Under the pieces are notes generated by a model. That model had not been told where the DNA came from. It saw only the letters and a program-made list of their open reading frames with translations, and did not search any database. Shown here one piece after another: positions 1 to 11,689 of a DNA stretch of 64,000 nt (the first letter of the stretch is position 1; each line of letters starts with the position of its first letter). Source of the DNA: Antechinus flavipes (taxonomy: Eukaryota); the NCBI RefSeq assembly GCF_016432865.1, contig NC_067399.1, positions 20,274,001 through 20,338,000 of the forward strand, read 5' to 3'. The position numbers and the translations under genes are program-made.

Positions 1-1087
1 AGATGCGGCAGCTGAGGACGATTATCCCCCTCCCCCAGGGCTAGGAAGTTTCTTTATTTAAAGGCCCACAAAACAAAGTTTTTGTTTTTACTATAGTCTG
101 GCCCTCCAACAGTCTGAGGGACAGTGAACTAGCCCCCTATTTAAAAAGTTTGAGGACCCCTGCCTACAGTCTACATGCTGGGCTGTCCAGCTGCCCCTGA
201 CCTTCTCTGGAAATAGCTGAGGTGTAGGGTAAGGGGCTAGACCATGGGAAATGAGTGAACTGGGGAATGGGGAGATGAGGGGGTTTGAGGGAATATCATT
301 ATGAACTTCATGAACTTCAATAGGAACATAATGCCTCTTTATTTTCATGAAACCCGAACTCAATTTTAGCATTTCTTTCAATTATGAATGTAGAAAAAAA
401 AGCCTGCCTCTGAGGAGTTCATAGGCTTTATCCACTTGCCAAAGGGGTATCTGACACAAAGTAAGCTGAGAGCCCCTGATTTAGAGCCTTCGTTTTACAG
501 AAAAGGAAACTGAGGTTCAAGAGGAAGGGACTCGTCCACATACAGGTAGTAGGAGAGACAAAGCTGAGATCTGAATCCAAGTCCTTTGACTTAACATTGA
601 AATCATCGCTTTTTCTACTTTGGAACATCCTGACCTGGTGAAGGGGGGCCCACATCTGGAAGAGTTTGCCTTGAAGGAGGAAGGAGGAAAGGTCTTTGGC
701 AGGCAGCCCAGGAGTAAAGAAGCAGAGGCCGGGTGGGGAGAAGAGAAGGAAGAGAAGGCAAAGCTGCAGAGAGTCCCCACCTCCCACCCCCGTTGTGCTT
801 GAGAGCAGAGGAGGATGGGAAAGAAGGTGGGATGGAGGGACACTGGGAGCCCAAAAGAGGAAGAGGCTTTCTCCGAGGTCAGTAACCTTACAGAAAGTCA
901 GCCAGTGAACGAGCAAATATGAAGTGCCAATCAATCGGTAAGCATTCATTCAGCTTTTCCTCTGCCCTGGGCACTGGGTGAAGCCGTGGGAGTACAAAAA
1001 AGGCAAAAACAATTCCTGACTTTGGGGAGGTCACAGAAAAATAGGACAAGGGAGGGAAAGTGGGGGAAAGGATTGGGGAGGAATGTG

Positions 1088-1745
1088 TGAATTAGTGTGT
1101 GTGTGAGAGAGAGTGAGTGTGTATGAGAGTGAGTGTGTATGTGAGTGTGTGGTGAGTGNNNNNNNNNNNNNNNNNNNNNNNNNNNNNNNNNNNNNNNNNN
1201 NNNNNNNNNNNNNNNNNNNNNNNNNNNNNNNNNNNNNNNNNNNNNNNNNNNNNNNNNNNNNNNNNNNNNNNNNNNNNNNNNNNNNNNNNNNNNNNNNNNN
1301 NNNNNNNNNNNNNNNNNNNNNNNNNNNNNNNNNNNNNNNNNNNNNNNNNNNNNNNNNNNNNNNNNNNNNNNNNNNNNNNNNNNNNNNNNNNNNNNNNNNN
1401 NNNNNNNNNNNNNNNNNNNNNNNNNNNNNNNNNNNNNNNNNNNNNNNNNNNNNNNNNNNNNNNNNNNNNNNNNNNNNNNNNNNNNNNNNNNNNNNNNNNN
1501 NNNNNNNNNNNNNNNNNNNNNNNNNNNNNNNNNNNNNNNNNNNNNNNNNNNNNNNNNNNNNNNNNNNNNNNNNNNNNNNNNNNNNNNNNNNNNNNNNNNN
1601 NNNNNNNNNNNNNNNNNNNNNNNNNNNNNNNNNNNNNNNNNNNNNNNNNNNNNNNNNNNNNNNNNNNNNNNNNGTGAGTGTGTGGTGAGTGAATGTGTAT
1701 GTGACTGTGAGTGTGTGTGTGAGTGTGTGTGTGAGTGAGTGTGTG
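1088..1745. repeat. (GT)n/(GAGT)n microsatellite spanning an assembly gap (N 1159-1673)
   Basis: GTGAGTGTGT-type repeats on both sides of a 515-N run; the X-rich ORFs here are artefacts. Confidence 0.95.
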
Positions 1746-2049
1746 TTCTCCTGAACACACATTTGGAGGCGGCTCACTCTGTGTAAAGAGCCTTGTCCCT
1801 GGAGCAAGGGACTTAAGCACCAGCACCTCCCTTTAGGGGAGACTCAACAAATTGCTTCACTTCTGTCTCTCTCTTCCTTACTGGATTTGGACTAAATTGG
1901 GTCCTTAATCTCTGTGTATGTCTTGGACCCCTTTGGCAGGAGTCTGGTGAACCCCTGGATGGTCCCCTTATCAGAAGAATGTTTGTAAATGCAGAAAATA
2001 AAAATATTCCAGTTAGCTTTTCCTTATCTCCACTTTCCCATCACAGTTT

Positions 2050-2505
2050 CAAGATAAATAGATCTATCAATCTATCAGTATATCCATCCTTCTTTCTTTC
2101 TATCGATCTATCTATGTATCTATCAGTATATCCATCCTTCTTTCTATCAATCATTTATCTATCTATCTATCTATCAATCTATCAGTATATCTATCCTTCT
2201 TTCTTTCTATCGATCTATCAGTATATCCATCCTTCTTTCTTTCTATCGATCTATCAATCTATCAGTATATCCATCCTTCTTTCTTTCTATCTATCTATGT
2301 ATCTATCAGTATATCCATCCTTCTTTCTATCAATCATTTATCTATCTATCTATCTATCTATCTATGTATCTATCAGTATATCCATCCTTCTTTCTTTCTA
2401 TCGATCTATCAGTATATCCATCCTTCTTTCTTTCTATCGATCTATCAGTATATCCATCCTTCTTTCTTTCTATCTATCTATGTATCTATCAGTATATCCA
2501 TCCTA
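2050..2505. repeat. Compound TATC/TCTT minisatellite
   Basis: The unit ATCTATCAGTATATCCATCCTTCTTTC(TTT) recurs about 10 times, interspersed with (TATC)n. Confidence 0.9.
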
Positions 2506-3149
2506 GAAATTAAATGGGAATCTTTGGGGAGTTTTGCAGAACTTGCAGATGTCACACAAAATCTAGCAGACAACACAGAAAGAGTTTAGAGACTTAATAT
2601 ACATACATATATCTATAGTATTGTATAATATCAACATATTTTACCTTTTAGTTCCATATAATTCAGACTTTTTCTATGATACAAAAATTTGACGTGGATT
2701 TTCCAGAGTGTGGGGGTGCTGCACCCCAACCCCTGGGATGTGGAAGGAATAACCGTATATTGGAATATAGTTATTTAAGGAGTAGAAAACCAGTTCTCAG
2801 ACCACTGGTCACTCCATGGATCTCAACGTCCTTTTGTTTCCTAAATGTCCGATCCCACAAAACAGACTCCCCGGCAATGCAAAATGCACGGGCAGGAAAG
2901 AGGGAAGAGTTTTCTGAAGGCCTGAGTGTGGATCGTGTGTGATGCTACTGACACCTGACTTAGATCAAGAAGGGAAATGAGGCTGGGGGTGTATTTAGGA
3001 GAGGGGCTGTAAAAAAGCACCAGGGCCAATATCCAAAAAAAGGACCAGAGACCTTGAGAAATCACTGGGTCCAGCCCCTTATCCTCAGGAGGATTTTTCT
3101 CTGAACCATGAGTTTTTTATAGCCTGGATCTATCCATTTGTTTGTTTCT

Positions 3150-3400
3150 TGAGAGAGGCAGGTAAGTGGTCCAGTGGAAGCAAGAAGACCCGAGTTCAAA
3201 TCTGTTCAAGGACACTTACAAACTGTGTGTGGGTGAGTCACTTAATCTCTTCCTGCCTCAGTTTCCCCAGTTCTAAAATGGGGATAATGAGTGCTAGATT
3301 TGTCCTCCTGTACTTCCCAGGGCTGTTGTGAAAAGCAAATGAGACAGTATTTATAAAGCATTTAACATGGGGGTAGGCACATAGTAGGTCCTTAATAAAT
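3150..3400 (+). mobile_element. MIR/CORE-type SINE fragment
   Basis: CORE-like GTCACTTAATCTCTTCCTGCCTCAGTTTCCCCAGTTCTAAAATGGGGATAAT, followed by an AATAAATGC tail. Confidence 0.7.
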
Positions 3401-3898
3401 GCTTTTCCCCTCCCCTTTATAATATCACATATTTTATTTTATGAGTTAATTTTTTTCTGAAAAAAGGTTCCTTAGACTTCTGAAAAGGGGTCACACCAGA
3501 CTGTCCACAAGATCCAGGACCCAAAAAAAGGCTAAGAACCCTTGTTCTAAACTCTCTGGGAGAATTGTTCTTTAAGATGTTGTATAAAATATGTTCTATA
3601 CCGTAATATAAAAAGTCAGGGCTGGGTTTGCCATTGCTGGGCTCGGTAATAATTTAGAGGAGCGTAGAGTTAGAGCTGAAAGAGACATTGGGAGCCGATG
3701 TTCTCTTTTTACACCCAAGGGAATTGAGTCTCAAAGAAATAAAAGACTTGCTGGGTGCTAACAAGTCTGGCACCCTAGGTACTAGAAACCTCTGGGTACA
3801 AAAACAAATTAAAAATCCATCCTCCAGACTCTTGCTTCCGTATCCCAGCTACCTTCTCTTGGTGAGATGGGAGGGGACGGGGGTCCACAGTGGCTCAC

Positions 3899-3992
3899 CT
3901 GGAGGCGTCAGCTTGACGTGCTGGTGAGCTGCATTGAAGTGAGCCCCTGAGCTGGTGAGCTCGCTCTCCTCCTTCACGGGCTGATCCCCCAT
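3899..3992 (-). CDS. First coding exon of a probable type II transmembrane C-type lectin (CD207/langerin- or CLEC4F-like cytoplasmic tail): MGDQPVKEESELTSSGAHFNAAHQHVKLTPP(G)
   Basis: ATG in strong context (GACATGG). 94 nt = 31 codons + 1, ending at a consensus donor G|GTGAGC. TATAAA lies 88 nt upstream. The AHF-x4-Q-x-V-x-L-x-P pattern is in register with human CD207 AHFTVDKQNISLWPR and CLEC4F RFCTDNQCVSLHPQ (recalled from memory). Downstream exons were not securely found. Confidence 0.55.
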
Positions 3993-4079
3993 GTCCGGCC
4001 TATCATCCAAGTGCAATCCTTCGAGAGATTTTTGTCCAGAGAGAACAAGGGGAAATAAAACTAGTGTAATTCTGGGGCC

Positions 4080-4085
4080 TTTATA
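4080..4085 (-). promoter_or_regulatory. TATA box of the minus-strand lectin gene
   Basis: The minus strand reads CCACCTATAAAGGCCCC upstream of the ATG at 3992. Confidence 0.55.
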
Positions 4086-5289
4086 GGTGGATGACCTGGC
4101 TCTGTCCCAATTTACCCCTAAGCCCTCAGTTCTTTTGACTCAGCAGAACTGGTCAGCAGCCATTGGATTAGGTTGACGTTCTAACTTGGGGGCTCTCAGT
4201 TCTTCACCAGCCCCTGTACCCGAGAGGAACCCTGTTCTCTGCCTCAGAACTCTGCTTAAGCTCCGTCCAGATGTCCATCGTTAATCCTGGCCAGAGACTG
4301 ACAGCCCCAGTAGAGCTTCTCTCTGACCCTGACCTCAGTCCCCCTTGGGCAAGTGCCCTGAGAGCCTGAAGCTGAGGCAGAGAAACCTGAAGGGCTTGGG
4401 AGGGACCTGAACAAGAACCCCTGCACTTGTAGCTTTTGCTTGAGGACTGCCAGTGAGCGAGGAGCCCATCGGGGTGACAAGGGTGAAGCATTTTGTGGTA
4501 GTGGGAAAGTGCCAGACTCCCAACCTCATTGTCATCCTGGACTCCTCATTCCCATCCACTCCATCTTTCCATGTTATTGTCAAGTCCTCATTGGGTGACA
4601 TGGTGGGGTTGGGGCAGGGCCAAGGACCGGAGAGTCTGAATTTGGATTCTGCCTTGGCTGACTTAATATAGTGACCGTCATTTGTCTCTGCTTGAGCTTC
4701 CTCTTGCAGTAAAAGGGGTCAGAGCAAACCTGAAGGGCCTGGAGTTTTAGGGTCCCTCCAGCTCTTCAGCCTCCATGAAAGAGGGCAATTGGACGAGCTG
4801 GCCCTCTGAGAAGCTCTGAAAGTGGGACGGGGGAAGGAAAGGGGGAAAGGGAAGCTCCTCAAGGAGGATCTGGATGGAAGGGACGCTTCCACATGGGCGC
4901 CGGGCGTCTGCAGGAGAGTCAGTGAAAGGGGGGAAATGCTGACCTTAACTTTCCGTTTCTCATACCCCTTCCACCCCCCCTCCTTCTTATTCCTGGAGGG
5001 GAAATTCTGAGGCAGGACCTCAGGGAGTATTCCATTTAAAATGGAACACAGTATTACTGCACTTCTGTGGTACTTTCCTGTTCTACAGAAGAAATGAGAT
5101 CAGGCAGGAAGGAGCCTCCAGAAGGGAGAGGATGGTAAAATTTAGCACAGGAAGAATGGGGGAGACCACCTAGTATAATCATAGTTCCCTGTCCTCCTCT
5201 CAGGCTTTTTTTTTGGCTGGATCACCGTCTATGTTTTGTCCTTTTATGTGTATCTGCCTTGGAATTCTATCCTGGATTCTTTCTTCCCC

Positions 5290-5715
5290 TCCCCTTCTCT
5301 CCTCCTCTCCTCTCTTCTCCTCTCCTTTCCTCTCCTCTCCTCTTCTCTTTCCTTCTCTTCCCCTCTCTTGCCTTCTCTTCTCCCTGTCTTTCTTCTTGTT
5401 TCTTCTCTTCCTTCTCTTTTCTTTTTTCTCATTTCTTCTATTCATTCTCTTCTCTTTCCTCTTTTCCTTATTTTTCTTTTTTTTCTATTTTTCTCCTTCT
5501 TTTCTCTTTTCTTCTCTACTCTTTTTCTTGTTTCTTTTCTTCTCTTCCTTCTTTTTTCTCTTTTCTCATTTCTTCTCTTCTCTTTCTCCTCTTCTTTTTC
5601 CTCTTCTCTTCTCTTCCTTCTTCTTCTCTTCCCTTCCTTCTTTTTTATTTCTTCTTGCTTCTTCTCTTTTCTTTCTTTTCTTCCTTCTTTTCTCTTTCTC
5701 ATCTTCTCTTTCTCT
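5290..5715. repeat. CT-rich low-complexity tract
   Basis: Almost purely C/T; source of the F/L/S-rich and K/R/E-rich spurious ORFs. Confidence 0.95.
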
Positions 5716-6287
5716 ATAGTTTCTGGTGACTCCATCAGCTCTTATGAATCAATTATTATCTATATGCAGAAGATTTCTAGCCCTCACCTGTTTCCTGATG
5801 TCCAATTCCATAACTCCAACTGCCCACAGGATACCTGCACCTGGATGTCCCATAGACAACAAAGCCTCAACTTACCTAAAATAGAATTAATTATATCCCC
5901 TATTCCCTCCCCCAATACACTTTTCTGTTGCTGTGAAAGTTTCTACCTTTCTTTCACTGACTCAGGTTGTCAACCTCCTGATATCCTCAGTTTCTCACTT
6001 TTACTAGTCATCATCCCAAGCCTTCTACCCCTTCCCCAGAATGTGACCTCTCCACTCTCATCATTATCCTACAATTCAGGTTCACATTATTCCCTGCCTA
6101 GATTAATGTTGGTTCTTTAATCCATCCTCCACAAAGCAGCCAGTTTTTGTCTAAAGCAAAAATTAGATTGTGCACTTTTCTGCTCAAGAAGCTTCAATGA
6201 TTCCCTGTCATCTCTAGGATAAGCTATGAACTTCTCAAGCTTCTGAGGAAGTGAATTGGGAAAGCAAGTCAGGAAGGCTGAATTCAG

Positions 6288-6289
<2 letters not shown>

Positions 6290-6365
<76 letters not shown>

Positions 6366-6366
6366 T
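6290..6366. repeat. (CT)n(GT)n microsatellite
   Basis: A pure CT run followed directly by a GT run. Confidence 0.97.
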
Positions 6367-6644
6367 ATTAGAAGGTTCCTAGCTGCAAATTTTTCTGTTT
6401 GCCTCAGTTTCCTCATTTGTAATGATGATAATAATATCTACCTCCCAAGGTGGTTGTGAAGAGTAAATGATGTATTTGGCACACAATAGGCGCTTAATAA
6501 ATAGGTAATGAATTGGAATGAAATTGACCCTTCCATCTTACAGAGCATGAATTATAATGGAAAGGACTCTTGATTTGGAGGAAAAGGATTTGGGCTGTGT
6601 TGCTATATGACCTTGGGCAAATTACTAATAATAGACTCAAATAA

Positions 6645-7876
6645 TTTACCTGTCACATTTATGGAGAAGGGAAGAATCTATGACCAAACAAGAGATAGAG
6701 AACATGATGAAATACAAAATGGATAATTTTGAGTATATTAAAAAGTTTTTGCACAAACAGAGCCAATGCAACCAAGATTATAAGAGAAGCAGAAAGCTGG
6801 GAAACAATTTTTGCAACCAGTGTTTATGATAAATATCTCATTTCTAAAATATGTAGAGAAGTCAAATTTATAAGAATACAAGTCATTCACCAGTTGATAA
6901 ATGGTCAAAGGATGTGAACAGGCAGTTTCAGATGAAGAAATCAAATCCATCTGTGATCATATAAAAAAGCTCTAAAAGCTATTGATGAGAGAAATGCAAA
7001 TTAAAACATCTCTGATCTATCACTTCATATCTATCAGACTATACAACAGAAAAGGAAAAATGGCAAATATTGGAGAGGCTTGGGGGAAAATTGGAAAATA
7101 AATACATTATTGGTGGAGTTGTGAACTGATTCAACCAAAGTAAAAAATAATTTCAAACTATGTCCTCCCAAATTATTTAAAAACATACATGTCCTTTGAG
7201 CCGGAAATCTCACTATTAGGTCTGTATACCAAAGAGGTCCCAAAAAAGGGAAAAGGACCCACATGTACAAACACGTTTATAACAGCTCTCTTTCTAGTAG
7301 CAAGGAACTGGAAATCAAGGAGATTTCCATCAAGTGACAAATGGCTGAACAAGTTGTGGTATATTAATGTAATACTCTTATTGTTCTATAAGAAATAATG
7401 ATCGGGTAGATTTCAAAAAACCTGGAAAGACTTACATGAACTGGTGCAGAGTGAAGTGAGCAGAACCAGGAGAACATTGTACACAGCAACAGCAAGGTTA
7501 TGTGACGATCAACAATGAGAGACTTGTTCTCAGCAGTAATTCTAGACAATTCCAAAAGATTCATGATTGAAAATGTCATCCACATCCAGAGAAAGAACTA
7601 TGGAGTCTGAAACGCAGATGGAAACATACAATTTTCGTTTGTTGTGTGTGTGTTTTTTTCCCTTTCTTGTGGTTTTTCTTTTTTGTTCTGATTTTTCTTT
7701 TACAACAGGACTAACGTGAAAATATGTTTAATATGATTGTAAATGTAGTTTAAATCATGTTGCTTGCTGTCCTGGAGAGGGGGGAGGAGAGGGAAGAAGG
7801 GAGAAAAAATGGAAATCAAAATCTCAAAAGTAAATGATGAAAACTTTTAAAAATAAATAAATAAGAATATAAAAAA
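6645..7876 (+). mobile_element. Degenerate LINE-1 3' fragment (end of ORF2 plus 3' UTR)
   Basis: Decayed similarity to the C-terminus of the intact L1 ORF2 at 54805-57312 (e.g. KGPTCTNTFITALFLVARNWK); ends in an A-rich tail. Confidence 0.85.
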
Positions 7877-8988
7877 GTCCAAAAGTATTTCAACATCTCT
7901 GTGACCTTATTACTGCAGACACAAGTGAATATCCACATGGGGACAAGAAGAGGATGTCACTAAGTCCCTATGATAGCCTCATCTCAGCCATGGCATTGGC
8001 TGATACCTATAATCACTAAAATCATAATTTACCAAGTGTTTGGATTAGCTCAGAGTGTAATGTTGGAGGTGGCCACCAGGTGGAATTCTACTCGAATTAT
8101 TCATCTAAGTACCAAGTGAGTCAGACTTTGGGATCCCATTGGGGGTTTTCTTGGCAAAGACACTGAAGTGATTTGCCATTTCCTTCTCTAGCCCATTTTA
8201 CAGATGAGTAAATTGAGGCGAACAGGATTGAGTGATAATAGCACCAATTAGCATAACCACCAGAGCTGTCACGAGGAGCTAATGAAATAGTATTTGCAAA
8301 GCACTTGCATGAAGATCTCCCTTCTTAGCCGATGCCTCTCCCTTCCTATGAGGTAGCTGGGGGGTCTGAAGTTAAGAGGATCTGAGTTCAAATCTGGTCA
8401 CAGATATTTAATTAGCTCAGACACTCAGTTTCTTCAGCTGTAAAATGGGGAGAACTTGTAGAGGAAAGTTTAACTCAATGTCAAGAAAAACTCCCCAAAG
8501 CTTAGATTTATTTCAAAATGGAGTCAGTTTCCTAGGGAGGAAGTAGGTCCCCCCTCATTGGATGTCTTCCAGCAGAGGCAAGCTGAAAAGGGACTCTTGT
8601 TGGGGTTCAGGGACCGCGGTCCCTCGTGCCTCTGAAATGCTGACGTTGACAACATGAAGCAAGAGTCGGAAAGCCCAGAGCACGATGGAGATAGGTAACG
8701 GGGGGCGATGACACTAAATGTGAAGGTTCTGGGATCTCCTCTGTCACTGCTTCCTGCTGCCCCTTTCCCTCTGGGATCCACTGCCCCGGCTTCTCCTCCC
8801 TCCTCCTCCTTTCTCCGCTCAGCTCTCGGGTCCCTGTGTACGCACTCGCCTTGGGTGCACCTTGTTCCCTGGCCGTGGGAAAGGAACAGCTGAGTGCCTT
8901 GGGGACGAGACCCTCCTGAGCTCCTCACTGGGAGAATCATGACCTGGCTCTGCTGGGAAGCGAGGGCTCTCCTGCCAGCACCTCCCCT

Positions 8989-8997
8989 TTCTGGGAA
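8989..8997 (+). promoter_or_regulatory. STAT/GAS element (TTCTGGGAA) in the REG-A promoter
   Basis: TTCN3GAA about 90 bp upstream of the TATA box; several CTGGGA hexamers lie nearby. Confidence 0.55.
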
Positions 8998-9084
8998 GAG
9001 ACGGTCCTCACTCACGGCCATCCCTTCCTCCCCTTTCCATTCCCTCCTCTTTTATTCCTGCCCCAGACTCCCACCTCTGCCCCC

Positions 9085-9138
9085 TATAAAGGCTCATGTA
9101 GGCCCCTGCGGGACATATTGATCCAGACCAGCCAGAGG
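9085..9138 (+). promoter_or_regulatory. REG-A TATA box (9085-9090) and non-coding exon 1 (ends 9138)
   Basis: CCTATAAAGG, then donor G|GTAAGT at 9139; same layout as the five paralogues. Confidence 0.85.
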
Positions 9139-9501
9139 GTAAGTGGGGAACCTACAGGGGAGGACCATTGGAGGAGCAGGGACCTGCCACCCCTTCTTAG
9201 GCAAGGAGCCCCTCCTACTAAGGTCCCCGCAGCTCGGGAGCTTCTCCGAGGGCTCCGGGACCCTCCGTTCTCCGGAAACCACAAAACGTCCAGATTTCCT
9301 CATATTCAGGGAGGAGGAGGCAGAACTTGGGGAGTTAGAGGGGTGGGAGGGCAGGATGGACCCACTGCCGAGAACAGGGAGGAGGGAGGAGAATCCCACC
9401 GAACTCTCTTTTTTCCCTGTTTTTCCCTGGCTCCATCTCAGCCTGGGATCAGAAGCCGATGCTGTCCAGGGTTTCAGGGTCTTCCCCCTCCCACAGATGT
9501 A

Positions 9502-11576
9502 ATGTTGCCCTCCAGCCTCTCCAAGTGGCTCTTCTACTGCCTGCTGCTCCCAGATCTGGTCCTGGGTGAGTCACCCCTGTCCAGGGTGCATGTCCCCGGC
9601 ATCCCGCTGTGTGACCTTAGATAAAGCCCCTCTCTCTCTGATCCTACTCCCCAGAGAGGGGAGAAGTCCGACCGCATGGGTGGGATTCCTTCTGATCCCA
9701 CCTGCCTCCCATAGCAAGACCCCGGGTTTCTCACTTTGCTTCTTTTATCCGACTTGCCCTCAGGCCAGATTACCAAATGGATCACTCCTCCCCAGATCTC
9801 CTGCCCAGAAGGATCCAAGATCTATGGCTCCCACTGCTACGCAGTATTCCAGGAACCCCAAACCTGGACCGCTGCAGAGGTGCTTGGTTATAGGCCACCC
9901 GGTATGGGTTTGCAGGGGAGGCGTGTTTGCCATTTGATTTCAGGGCTCCTTGGGTCGATGCCACGGGATGGGAACGGGACTGCACCTTCATTGCCCCCTA
10001 AGCTGACCCAGACGTCACTCGTGCTTTCCCCCTCCCACCTGGATCCTCAATCCTCCCCCAGCAGCAACCCCCCCCCCCCGTGGCTCTCCCTGGGTCAGTT
10101 TCCCTGTCTGTAAGGAGAGACCCTCCCCAAGTGCCTCAGTCCTTGCCTTTTCTGATAGCGCTCCCTTCCTCCCCTGCCCTCTCACTGCAGACCCTCCCTG
10201 GGCAGCATAGCCTTTACCCCCTACAATGTCCCTTCTCCTCTTTTCCTCAGCTGAAGTGTCAAATGCTGACCTCCGGCCATCTCCTGTCCTTGATGAATGA
10301 GTCCGAAGCCTCCTTTGCGGCCGCTCTGGCCACCCAGAGTCTCGGACACAACCGGAGTTACCTCTGGATCGGCCTTCACGACCCCTCCCAGGTTTTTCCA
10401 CTCCCCCACCCCCCACCCCCCAGTCCATCTCCTCTGTCTGAATTCTGGGGCTGAGGGGGTGGAAGGGGAAATAGGGGGAGGAGAGAGCTATGGAGAAGAG
10501 AAGTCCACTCTTGCCTCCCCATCCCCACGATCAGTTTTCTTACCTATCCTCAGTCTTCCCCTTGCAGCCATCCATGCAGAGACCCATTCTTAAACACAAA
10601 TCATTTCTCTGAGAGGAGAGGGGAATGGAAATGCATGGGCCGCCTCCAGCCCCCTTCACTCAACTAGAGGCTGGGAAGGGTCAGAGTATAAGGAAGAACT
10701 CAGAGGTCCTGGGTTCCAATCCCAGCTTTGCCCGTGTGATTTGGGGCAAGTTCCAAAAGTGTGTAAAGGGAGGGGGTAGCTTAGGTGACCTTTCAACTTG
10801 GAATCAATGATAATAATGATAGCTAGCATTGACAACCACTTTAAGGTTTGCACAGTGCTTTCTGTACTGTGCTCAATAAGCTCCTTACAACAGCCTTTGG
10901 AGGGAGGGGCCACCATGATCGCTGTTTTAGAGATGGGGAAACTGAGGCAGACAGAAGCCGAATGTTTGTGCAAAGCAACATAGCTGGGACGATTGAAGCA
11001 GGAATCAGATCCGGTTCTTTCGGGCCCAGCATTCTCCCCACTATGTTTATGGTGATACTCTTTGTTGGGTGATTTCTAGGGGGGATTTTTACACAGACGC
11101 GGGTGGAACTCAATGTCTTCTGAGGTTCCTTCCAATACTGAGCAGCCTCTGGCCTTCCCCAGAACCGCCGCTGGCACTGGAGCGACAATGCCATGCTTAC
11201 CTTAAATACCTGGGAGAAAGGAGCCCCCGCGAAAACCACCCTCAGGTTCTGCGTGAGTCTGTCCCCACGCTCAGGTGAGAGAGGAAAACCCTTCTCTTCA
11301 GTCCTATCTCCATCCCTGCCCGAGTCAAGCGGGACCTCGGGGAGCCGGGGCTGCCCTCTTCCTCTTGCTCTTTTCTTCTTTTATTCCCCTCTCTCCTCAA
11401 TTCTTTCTTTTCCAGGCCATAAATCCCTATCTCACCTATGGGGTTGGGCAGCTCCTGCCTGAGCTCAGAGCCTACAGTGGAGACTTTTCCTTTTCTTTTT
11501 GTCTTCAGAGTACCTACTGTGGAAGGATCAACACTGCAACGAGGAGCTTCCCTTTATCTGCAAGTTCTCAGTCTAG
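9502..11576 (+). CDS. REG-A: REG-family (REG1/lithostathine-like, REG3-related) secreted C-type lectin, 166 aa
   Basis: Exons 9502-9565, 9764-9879, 10251-10391, 11163-11274, 11509-11576 (64+116+141+112+68 = 501 nt), all GT-AG and open. Protein: MLPSSLSKWLFYCLLLPDLVLG-QITKWITPPQISCPEGSKIYGSHCY...WIGLHDPSQNRRWHWSD...FCVSL...WKDQHCNEELPFICKFSV. Signal peptide plus six CTLD Cys. AATAAA at 12042. Confidence 0.93.
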
Positions 11577-11689
11577 AGGACTTAAGAGCACCTGGAGGCT
11601 GAAGAGAGCAGGGAACTGAGTATGAAATCACCATGGAGCTAGGAATGGACTCAGGAGACCAGGAGTCCAGCCTCCCAAAGAAACTTCTC

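Noticed and set aside
946-1826. Long ORFs containing X runs (also 24700-24979 and 58391-58939)
   Set aside because: Artefacts of N gaps and flanking microsatellites.
2050-2505. Regularly spaced repeats superficially like a CRISPR array
   Set aside because: Eukaryotic minisatellite with no unique spacers and no cas genes.
2841-3110. Candidate transmembrane exon 2 for the minus-strand lectin gene (acceptor at 2955 giving VSSITHDPHSGLQKTLPSFLPVHFAL, or the GLWSFFWILALVLFY frame)
   Set aside because: The first frame has faint CLEC4F-like similarity but His/Pro in the would-be helix and no good donor. The second has no polypyrimidine tract and the wrong exit phase. A possible acceptor at position 12 is too close to the window edge to judge.
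5200-6120. F/L/S-rich and K/R/E-rich ORFs up to 294 aa (also around 1979-2506, 11633, 16793, 17999, 24064)
   Set aside because: Translations of low-complexity or tandem-repeat DNA, open in several frames, with no domain signal.
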